From Balanoglossus misakiensis (Eukaryota; Animalia; Hemichordata), in the NCBI GenBank assembly GCA_040954595.2, contig CM082591.2:11301309-11365308 (forward strand): DNA of 64,000 bases. The letters are read 5' to 3'. Below are positions 1 to 10,029 of the stretch, piece by piece; within the stretch, counting starts at the first letter, position 1, and the number at the start of each line of letters is the position of its first letter. A model generated the notes under the pieces. That model saw nothing but the letters and a program-made list of their open reading frames with translations, was not told where the DNA came from and did not search any database. The translations under genes and the position numbers were made by a program.

Positions 1-425
1 TAATTTTACCTGTTGGCCAAAACATTAGCTGTCTTTGGCAGGCTAGACGAGAAAGGTAACCAGTACTCCATTGAGGTACATATTGAATAGGTAGCAGAGC
101 AACATGTGAGAATGTGCTGGAATGTGTAAAACTTGTTAGACCTTGAAAGCCCTGGAAAAGTTGGATTCACCCCTGGAAAGTCACAGAAAATTGCAGTGAC
201 TGTTGTGTGAAAGAAAATTATGCTATCGCCCTAGAAAATGACATTTTTGACTTCAAATACTCCTGGAAAACCATTCTGTAATTCCTGGGAAGTCCGGAAA
301 TTTGAGTGTAAGGTTCTGCATATGTACCATCCGGTAGTTACCCTTCAACAAAACGCTAGAGTCACTGATAAAGTTTGGATTGTGAGCATATTTACAAATT
401 GTAACAAAAACATCCCTTTTCTTAG

Positions 426-725
426 TTACAACAACAGCGAGCTCAACTGCAACAGCAGCAGCAACAGACGCAGGCCAGCGCTGCAACATCGTCACTGCAA
501 TTCCAGCCACAGCAGAGCACCACTACAGCCGTTACTCAGCAATCTCTGCAACACTTAGCCAACACTAACCTTAGTAACATAGGCCTGACTACACAGCAGG
601 CACAAGTCACCAGTGGAACACCGTCATTAATAACACAACAACAACAATCACAACAACAACAGCAGTCTGTCGGACTTCAGGGTGTACCAAAAGAGACGAT
701 ACAAGCACAGAGAGAAGTTAATTGG
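426..725 (+). CDS. MED25: Internal coding exon of a polyQ-rich protein, probably MED25 (LQQQRAQLQQQQ...QGVPKETIQAQREVNW)
   Basis: Pyrimidine tract plus AG acceptor (cccttttcttag) ending at 425; 300 bp (100 codons) open in phase 0; GTAAGT donor at 726; joins in frame to the downstream exons. Gene identity is inferred from the downstream exons. Confidence 0.75.
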
Positions 726-832
726 GTAAGTACAACGAGACAGCATCATCCAGAATACTCTAAAATTCATATGGTTGCTATGATGTCAAGAATATCACAG
801 AACTTCTATTGATACATGCTCTGGCTTAACCC

Positions 833-2049
833 CAATCTGATTAAAATCAGATGTAGGGAACGGCGACGTGGTTTTTTTATGCTGTCGCCTCACACTACAT
901 CTGACCAACTCTCAATGGAGCTCCCGTTGAAATCGCGCATTCCGACCTAGATTGCGTGTTACGCCGACCAAAGAATTGCACTGGGAGATGGGAGAAATGT
1001 TGTTGTTGACTTCGAGTATCGCACAGAATACGAAAGATTGGCTTTCTCTTGTGAACAATTACATGTAATCCCATGGTATCTTTCTTTGTTTGGCGTCATC
1101 GTATGCGAGTGGTTTTCGCAGAGCAGTGGAAACGTCGAGCTGTAGCCATATACAAATGATGAACTGTCGTTGATCATTTATAAACTCTCCTAACAAGTCA
1201 CGTTCGCCCTCGTAGTCATGTTGCCAGTCGGGAAAATGACGTACTTCATGTAAAAGTTTATAAAAAATAAACCAAATTTCACTGCCATGTATCCCAAAAC
1301 CATTAATGTGACAGGATTTAAAAAATAACGCTAATTTCGGCTAAGGAGGGTCAAGTCATAGCTCTGCGTACAGGTCTGTGTGTTCCCCGGCGGTACCACA
1401 GCCCTGCAACTTGCAAGGCCCCATAGACAAAACTGGTGCGGTCCGGACCCGGACCGCAGCTTTTTTGTTCGAAATTCGATTTTATCGAAGCAAAATCCTT
1501 TCCCTGTCTACTTCTACCTCCTAACCGACCCCAAATATGATGCGATTAACTTCTTCTAACGTCCGTGTAACGCCGGGAATGCACAGACATATACGCAGAG
1601 CTAGTCAAGTCAGTGCAGTCGGTCGCTACACTGCACTCTGGTGTATACAAACAATCGTGGCGACAGAATCTCACCCTGGGACGGCCTTAATCGATTCTCT
1701 AACAATTTTACTGCGACTTTTTGTCACGTCTTATACATTTCGTTGGCCGGTGGAATATAGAGGTTCAGTCGTCACGCTGAACTGGCTCGAAACCATTCCC
1801 CATGCTGATTCGACTCTCGCGCCTGGGATACGTCTGTGGTAGCTCCATGGTAACAACCGCAAGGGGCCAGATCATGTGATAATGTGGGATGCCTATCGTT
1901 TGCTATAAGGCGCCTTCTGATTGGCTTACTGGCCCAGTAAATCTCGTAGATTTCAACGGGAGCTGCAGTGGGAGTTGGTCAGATGTAGTGTAGGCGACAG
2001 CATAAAAAAAACACGTCGCCGTTCCCTACATCTGATTTTAATCAGATTG
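833..2049 (+). mobile_element. Non-autonomous Mutator-like (MULE/foldback) DNA transposon, copy 1
   Basis: ~100-bp terminal inverted repeats (833-934 and 1949-2049; CAATCTGATTAAAATCAGATGTAGGG...); exact 9-bp TSD GCTTAACCC at 824-832 and 2050-2058; no transposase ORF. Confidence 0.88.
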
Positions 2050-3187
2050 GCTTAACCCTTTCACCACCATGGTTCAGTCCAAACCCATTGTTTTCTATAG
2101 TAAGGTTGGACCTCTAAAGAGGGAACTTTTTTGGGGGGAAAACTCTTTATTTCTAATGTCACAAAAATTGCATGGGAGTTCTAATTCTAAAAGGAAAACA
2201 GATTTGATAAAATATCTCAAAGTCAAGTTTTGGTTGTTAATTTGGACATGGCTCCAGTTCGAGTATTGTAGGTGACTAGTTGTCCGGAGTTCAAGTCTGT
2301 ATACTTCAGTAGAGTTGGTCACATGGACTTGGGTAATCTGAGTGTGGTGAGAGATGGAACTTTCACACATTGAGTTGAGTTAAGAACATGTCCGGTGTAT
2401 TACTCTAATAAGACTAGATACTGTAAATGCATTAACTATAAGCGTATTTTAAAATATGCAGTTTTCATAGACATATCTGATTCACGAAATTGAATACACA
2501 TGTTCATTAAAACCCACTATGATAGAGCACCCCCAATGTTCAGAATGTCAATTTCGAAGTCCTACATGTACATCTATGACGTCATGCCTAGCCACCAATG
2601 TTCACAGATGTGTACTTGTATTACTAGTAAATGGAAGTACTTATTAAAACTCAGATGCAAGGTTTTGTGAAATATATATTTTTTTTTGTAGGAAACATGT
2701 CTTTGATTTAACAACTGATAATTGCTTTCTTTGTATTACACTACTAGTAACACCTCCATTTCTAGCTTTGCACCTCACATTCAATGAATAGACATGTGGA
2801 TGTTTTGACAATTCTCGTCAATGAAAGTGTGTGGTTGCAGTGATCAAATGATACACAAATCAAAGGAACAAACATTCCCTTTTCTTTCTTTTGAGAACCT
2901 CGCATTCTCATATTTAAATGCTTGCTCACTGGCCCCAAGTGTAAAATGGCAAAATTTAATACATGCGATATTAAATGTGTTTACAGTTTTCAAAAATGTT
3001 TGAAATTGAATATTGTGCCAAAGAGTAGAGTTGTTAGTCCAAATATCTAAGCGTTGAATAATTGTTCACATTTTCCCTTTAAGGTTTGGCCCACCTCTGG
3101 TGAAAGGATGACTTGTGATTGCTGTTAACATTGAAATATAAATTTATATATATTTTAAATATTTCATATTTCATATTTTCGATCTAG

Positions 3188-3247
3188 AAGTGGGAGCTGC
3201 TTCCTCAAAATATAATTGACTGTCAGAATGAGAGGCAAGCAATTCAG
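3188..3247 (+). CDS. MED25: 60-bp coding exon (KWELLPQNIIDCQNERQAIQ) of probable MED25, followed by a GC-AG intron
   Basis: AT-rich tract plus ctag acceptor; 20 open codons in phase 0; CAG|GCAAGT donor. Joined to the next exon it gives ...QNERQAIQ-RNIQALQKNLEMAQKKE, resembling (from memory) the coiled-coil segment of invertebrate MED25. Confidence 0.65.
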
Positions 3248-4375
3248 GCAAGTTAACACAACTCTTCAATTAAATAATTCACATCAGGCAACCATGAAGG
3301 CATTATTCAAATAATTTGTATAAATTCAAATGCAGTTGCAAGATTTGATGTCTGAAAATTACTGGTAGCTGTGCGCGAAGTGAGCTTCTGTCTATATAGA
3401 AAATGATGCCAGACTGCTACTGATAAGGCCAAAAAAAAGAGTTTTGTTTAGAGCCGTAGCAAAATGTCAAAGAATTTGGTTCTGGGAAACAAACCAACAA
3501 GCAAACATTTCTTATTTTCTTTTCATCTGTTTTAGGTTTATAGTATACATGTCAACTGCTCAGAGGTTTTGTATTCAGTCATGCTCATATGATGCCATCT
3601 AATTATAGCGTTTCTCTGTTCAATCCATTGATTAGGGAAATCAAAATTGCTTAACTTTGGCCACACTTGTTTATATTGTCAGTGATTGGGGCAAATTTAA
3701 TTTACTTGCTAAATATTGCAGTACATTCCATGAGTTTTGATTTCAATGGAATTGTCTGGAACCGTTACTGTGCTTGAAACAGATGCTTCCATTCCACCAG
3801 ATAGTGTTCATATTTGTTCCGTACAAACACAGTCGCTAGACAAACCAGTACCCTATAACTGAGTATTCCTTTACATGTCTTGAAGACTTCATAAAATCCG
3901 TACATTCGAATAATGCCATCTACTTCTACAAGTCCGAAGGGTCACAAAATGTGGCAACTATTCGAACAGACTCATAATACTTGTACTGATTCTCAACTGT
4001 GAACAGTGGGTAGCAGTCATTCAAGACGATGCAAACATGGCCGCCTCAAAGATGCGCATCAAGTAAAAGTCAGACTACAGGCAAGACGTACTGTGTGTGT
4101 ACTCCTGGATTTATTGAAAATCACTGGGTTTATGACTTTTATTGTCATTCAATTATGATATCCATATAGCGACTACATCTATGTCAAAATATGTTTATTG
4201 GAAGAATTTGCAGTGTTAGTCAAAAATCGCATATTTTCAAATGCGTGGTCTCCACATGTCGATTTGACTATGTTTGTGAAAGTCAATGTATGCAATGTAC
4301 CATCACTCATGTTTATTGAAATTCAAATTCTTGTCCAAGGGATGTTTACCCCTGCTGGTCAACCATTATATATAC

Positions 4376-5794
4376 AATATTGAACACCTATTGCCTGGCC
4401 ATGAGGGCCATAGCAGCCGTTTATTACCCCCGAGGGGCTGTGAGTTACCAGAATCATATGCTATTTCCCGAGGCCGTAGGCAAGGCCGTTTATTACCCCC
4501 GAGGGGCTGTGAGTTACCAAAATCATATGCTATTTCCCGAGGCCGTAGGCAAGGCCGTTTATTACCCCCGAGGGGCTGTGAGTTACCAGAATCATATGCT
4601 ATTTCCCGAGGCCGTAGGCCGAGGGAAATAGCATATGATTCTGGTAACTCACAGCCACGAGGGGGTAAAAACGGCTGCTATGGCCCGAATATAGGCCAGG
4701 CCATAGGTGTTTTATAATAAACCTCATGCTAACAGTTGGGAAAATCTTGCAATTTTCTCTTGAGGTTGGCAGACGACATCTTCAGCGGTGGCCATTGTGT
4801 CAGACGACGCGACGCTGATTGACGTGACCGAGTCTGCGCACTCACGCTGGTCACGTGACCGGTTTATATTTTTTCTGCTATTTCCCTAGAGATTCATAGT
4901 CGACTCTATTTTCCTATCACTTGACGGATTCTGGCGAATCACGACACAGTATTAGCATGAGGTATATTATAATGAACACCTATTGCCTGGCCATGAGGGC
5001 CATAGCAGCCGTTTATTACACCCGAGGGGCTGTGAGTTACCAGAATCACATGCTATTTCCCGAGGCCGTAGGCCGAGGGAAATAGCATATAAATCTGGTA
5101 ACTCACAGTCACAAGGGGGTAAAAACGGCTGCTATGGCCCGAATATAGGCCAGGCCATAGGTGTTTTATAATAAACCTCATGCTAACACATGATGCTTAT
5201 TGACGTGACCCGAGTCTGTGAACTCATGTTGGTCACGTGACCGGTTTATAGTTTTTCTGGTATTTCCCTAGAGATTCATAGTCGATTCTATTTTCCTATC
5301 ACTTGACGGATTCTGGCGAATCACGACACAGTATTAGCATGAGGTATATTATAATGAACACCTATTGCCTGGCCATGAGGGCCATAGCGGCCGTTTATTA
5401 CACCCGAGGGGCTGTGAGTTACCAGAATCACATGCTATTTCCCGAGGCCGTAGGCCGAGGGAAATAGCGTATGATTCTGGTAACTCACAGCCACGAGGGG
5501 GTAAAAACGGCTGCTATGGCCCGAATATAGGCCAGGCCATAGGTGTTTTATAATAAACCTCATGCTAACAGTTGGGAAAATCTTGCAATTTTCTCTTGAG
5601 GTTGGCAGACGACATCTTCAGCGGTGGCCATTGTGTCAGACGACACGACCGTGATTGACGTTACCACGTTGGTCACGTGACCGGTTTATATTTTTTCTGC
5701 TATTTCCCTAGCGGTTCATAGTCGATTCTATTTTCCTATCACGTGATGTATTCTGGCGAATCACGGCACAGTATTAGCATGAGGTATATTATAA
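4376..5794. repeat. Three tandem copies of a ~454-bp palindromic unit (~200-bp hairpin plus an inverted-repeat-bounded segment)
   Basis: The motif gaacacctattgcc recurs at 4382, 4974 and 5356. Each unit has a hairpin centred on GGCC-GTA-GGCC, then a segment bounded by ATAATAAACCTCATGCTAA / TTAGCATGAGGTATATTAT. Unit 1 has a 69-bp internal triplication; unit 2 is about 72 bp shorter. Confidence 0.85.
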
Positions 5795-5910
5795 ACACAA
5801 ATATGCACCGGTATAGATTTGACCACAATCCCTCTGTTAGCAATTATGATCTTTGCAGAAGACAATCATACATATGCATGAAAATGCAACATGCTCATTC
5901 AGTCAGATTT

Positions 5911-6115
5911 TACTGTGAAACAGGAAATTTTCATAACAGAAAATTTTCACGATATTAAAAGAGTCGACTATTACACGCCAATTAATTCTCGTGTTTTCAT
6001 ATTTCACTAACAGCATTGCTTTCTCCAAAATCATTTTAGGCGATTTATTCTTTTCTTGTGTTTTGGTTCTGGAAAAGTTGGCATATCGTTCGTGAAAATT
6101 TCCCATTTTGCAGTA
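5911..6115. mobile_element. Degenerate TA-flanked MITE (Tc1/mariner-like)
   Basis: Ends TACTGTGAAACAGGAAATTTTCA...TGAAAATTTCCCATTTTGCAGTA form an imperfect inverted repeat; a related element lies at about 13727-13938. Confidence 0.55.
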
Positions 6116-6911
6116 GCTGCTTAGACATATAACATGGTGACGTCAATAACATTTTCCCCTTTTCTCAGTTTGAATCCACTATCGATTTTTGTTGAAACAT
6201 TTACGTGGCCAGTTTTGTCTGGTGGCTGTGATTGAAACCCTCTCTAAGTCTAATACCAGGAAAATGCTAATCCACAACAAACGTTTAGCACAAATTGTCA
6301 TTTTGACTCGTGTACTCAGAGTTTTGGAAGCTTGATCATGTAATTAGACTTCAGAAGCGAGGGTGGGGGTGGGCAGTGTACTGTAATATTTCACATTTGT
6401 TTCCACGCATTGGTTGTTTAAACAGATGTGGGTCTGTCGAAGCAGTCTTCGTACTTTAAGGTAGTGCATTTAGCGCCGATCACCCCCTCCATACTATAAT
6501 CACTCTCAGTGTATGCCTGCTCCAGAATCCAGATGTTCAATTTTTCTTAAATAGAGATTTTCATTTGACCTCAGTCTGTGCACCGATTGGGTTTGCAAAC
6601 TGCATTCAACCATATGTTGGATGGTAATAAAACACTTATGTCGTTGGTTAGGACAGTATCTAATTATAACCTCTTGAATTGAGCATGGTGCTCATTTAAA
6701 GATATTACAGAAATGTTTTAATTCCGAGCAGGTGCTAATATATTGCCAGCAATGGAAATAAATTAATGTTACATTGCATCATGGTATTAAAAACTCATGT
6801 GATGTCATTTAACTAAGGCCTGTTGAAATATCCTGAAACAAATAAAATGTCTGTTTTACATACCATACCAACAATTCTGCTGATGCAAAAATCAGTGGAT
6901 GCAACACTTAC

Positions 6912-7742
6912 AGATGTACGCGCAGAACATTAAGGATGTACGTTCAGTAAAATTGAAAGTATTGTCATTTTTTTTAATTGTGGATTTTTGGATTCCCCTT
7001 TGTATGTATAATGAAAATCTGTAATAAAATATAGGGGTCACTGCGCTTGTTTTTGAAATATAGAGCTATGAATTTAGTTGATAATAGAAGAAAACTGCTG
7101 ACTCAGCATTTTTCACCAATGGTTTGTCTATGGGTAAAAATTTTAACGCAATTTATCTCAAAATAGAGCGCGGTGACCCCTATATTTTATTTGACCAATG
7201 ACTTTATATTTACTGGACTGAGCTTAGTGTGAAATTTCGTGAAAATGACAATAGTAGAAGTTTGTTTTCTAGCGATTATCAATGTAATCCTATGGGAAAA
7301 AGACCGGGCGCGCAGTGTTTCCGGTTTATGTTCTGCGCGTACATCCTTAACTGGAAAACTGTGCGAATGCGTCTTTTTCCAAAGGATTTCATTGAAAACA
7401 GCTAGAAAACAGCACTGCTATTGTCATTTTTTTTGAAATTTTACACATAGCTCAGTCAAATTAAAATAAATCCATCGGTCAAATAAAATTGTATGGTCAC
7501 TGTGCTCTATTTTGAGATAAACTTTGATAAATGTTTGTCCCATAGACAACCCATTGGTGAAAAAAATGCTGACTCAGCAGTTTTCTTCAATTATCAGCTA
7601 AATTCGCGGCTTTGTAATTCAAAAACCTAACGCAATGACTCCTACATTTTATTACGGATTTTCATTACACATACAAAGGAGAAACCGAAAATCCACAATT
7701 AAAAGAAATGACAATACTTTCAGTTTTACGAATTGTACACCC
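6912..7742. mobile_element. Older Kolobok-like non-autonomous element, split by a younger copy of the same family
   Basis: Left end TTAC|AGATGTACGCGCAGAACA, right end GTACACCC|TTAA; 7351-7742 is a diverged reverse complement of the inner copy. Confidence 0.7.
6934..7346. mobile_element. Kolobok-like MITE (413 bp) with TTAA TSD
   Basis: TTAA(6930-6933)|GGATGTACG...CGTACATCC|TTAA(7347-7350). Purine-purine termini plus a TTAA TSD are characteristic of Kolobok. Confidence 0.8.
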
Positions 7743-8693
7743 TTAAACATTTTGGAATGATATCTGTGAGAAAAATGCAAGTCTTATAAAATGATTTCTA
7801 TACTCATGGATCATGACTATGGCTTCACTACCTCAACATACACAATGCAAAAGAATCCATCTCCTACAATAAAACCATCCCACCCCAATAATGAACCTGG
7901 CCCTCTGCTTAACATTGTAGATAACAGAATAAAGTGAGTTAAAAGTAAAACTCCATTAGATGTATCTTTTCGCTATGTTTAAAACATTTTTTGTTTGGTG
8001 TACTTACTGCAGTTTCATGTTCAAATTACTGTAATACATTCTAGATAACAGAATAAAATCAGTTAAATATACTCTTCAAGTTCCCTGCAATTTCTAATAA
8101 AATGATTTGCTCAGAAAGTTCGGGGAACATGATGCATATGTTGAACTAATAGTTTTGCTTATAACAGACTGCACACTCAGACTGTAAACTTTAGCATAAG
8201 AAAGGAAGTCTCTCTTGACATTGTTTCAAACGTCAAATTAATTCTGGTCAAATAATCAAGCCCATTTGGGCTATTTTTTCAGTATCTTTGTCCCATGTAT
8301 CAACTCTGGTTTTTTGTTCTGCTCTGGAAAGTTTTATGAAATGTTTAGACTTTAATTGTTGTTGTCAAATGAATTCATTAGTCCAGACTTGAGTTCATAT
8401 TGTAACAACGACAATGCTGATTACAACAAAATGGCTGTCTGTATTGTGTACCTCAATACTGAGTTTTTCTTTATGCTTTACAGAGTAGAACAAGAAGTAA
8501 CAGTTGATACCCTAAACAAAAGTATTCAGAGAAGAACCCAAAAATGGAGTTACTGAGCTTTAAAGTGATTTCAATAATCTCCAAAGTGAAAAGCTTGGAT
8601 TGGCTGAGGCTCCTGTAGTCATGTTACCTGTAGGTAGATTGACACAGATGACAATGTTTGACTGTTTACACTTTTCTTTGTTTGATCTTTTAG

Positions 8694-8957
8694 AGGAATA
8701 TTCAAGCACTGCAGAAGAATCTAGAGATGGCACAGAAAAAAGAACTTGAATTGAAACAACAGCAAGATCAACATGCAAGACAAAGTCAACTCATAGCACA
8801 AAGACAACAACAACAACAGCAATTACAAAGATTACAACAACAGAGAGCCCAACAACAACAACAACAACAGCAGCAGCAGCAACAAGCAGTGCAAGCACAG
8901 CCATCCAATATACAATCAACAAATCAACAACTAAGACACCTCTTACTTAGTCAACAA
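8694..8957 (+). CDS. MED25: Coding exon of probable MED25: coiled coil, polyQ and LxxLL NR box (RNIQALQKNLEMAQKKELELKQQQD...NQQLRHLLLSQQ)
   Basis: Acceptor tttgatctttttag; 264 bp open in phase 0; GTAAGT donor at 8958. NQQLRHLLL resembles the human MED25 NR box NPQLRSLLL. Confidence 0.8.
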
Positions 8958-10029
8958 GTAAGTTGTCACAATAATGTGTACAGTGAATATTTGAAACCCA
9001 CGACTGATACCTGTATCACTCCTGGGAATTGTTAAGTAGGGAAAATGAAATATTTTTTTCTATAAAAGGGGCTTTCTTGATGTTATAAAAAAAACATGGT
9101 CTATGTCATTCCCAAAATCATTTTAATGTATAGGGGACCTGACTCATTGAGTTAGAAAGTTACACAGAAGAAATTCCATGCACAATTAGCCCAAAGCAGA
9201 CCTTAATTACAGACAGAGTAATACAACACATCTTGTCTCTAGTGTGGAAACACTGATGATAACCTCTGGTAGACAGTTTGAAAGACCGACAATCGTCTTA
9301 TGCGCATGTGCGTAATTTCGCGTGTACAAACATCAAGTCCCATCCAAATTTTCTGCAAATATTGTGTTCAGTGCATTCAAATAGTGCACTGCCTTCGCTT
9401 CCTTCCGTATTTCATGCACAATGTTTAAGTAGACTTTACTTGTGACCCTTCTTTTCACCCAGTTTGCTCTCTTTTCCCAAACTCCAACACAGACTATGGT
9501 CACCGCCATCTTGTCTGTTGTTAGGACAGCACACTGTCTTATGGCATTGACTGTATAACATTTTTGTAACCAAGAGTCTCTGGTTTGGCACATGCGCGTT
9601 AGTGTTCTCCCCAGAGCAATTAAAGCATGGTGGCCACCACTCTTTAATTTTGAGAAGACAATAGAACTTAAATAACATAACAATTGATAACATTGTTATG
9701 CAAATTAACCTGTAAAGGCTGCCTTGGCCAGCTATGACGGAACCCTTATTAATACTTCACGAGGAGGCTCGTCCTAACGCAAAATTTTTATTACAGATTG
9801 AACTTTCTCTTCAAGCTCTTTTCTCTTAACTCTGCATTTCTTTGCAGTTTTTGCTCTTTTTTGAACAGTTGTATAAGCTCAGCTTTGTCCATCATTTTAA
9901 ATTTCTTATGTCTGATGTTATTATCTTCATTACTTGCACGTTCCCTTTCATTCATTTTTCTCTTTAACAGTAGGCATCTTGAACAAGTGGTTGACAAACG
10001 GCCGAAAAGTTCACAGTTGTTGCTTCTCA

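Noticed and set aside
238-558. ORFs 238-558 (+) and 253-510 (-)
   Set aside because: Off-frame and antisense readings of the CAA/CAG-rich exon at 426-725.
4286-5553. ORFs with 23-aa repeats (MPGHEGHSSRLL...)
   Set aside because: Products of the palindromic repeat and its 69-bp triplication; no coding evidence.
7914-8067. Local ~30-bp direct repeat (acatt.tagataacagaataaa...agttaaa)
   Set aside because: Two degenerate AT-rich copies with no associated structure.
8484-8556. Acceptor-like site (ttttctttatgctttacag) as an extra exon
   Set aside because: The phase-0 frame stops after 7 codons and there is no suitable donor; an alternative terminal exon cannot be excluded without RNA data.
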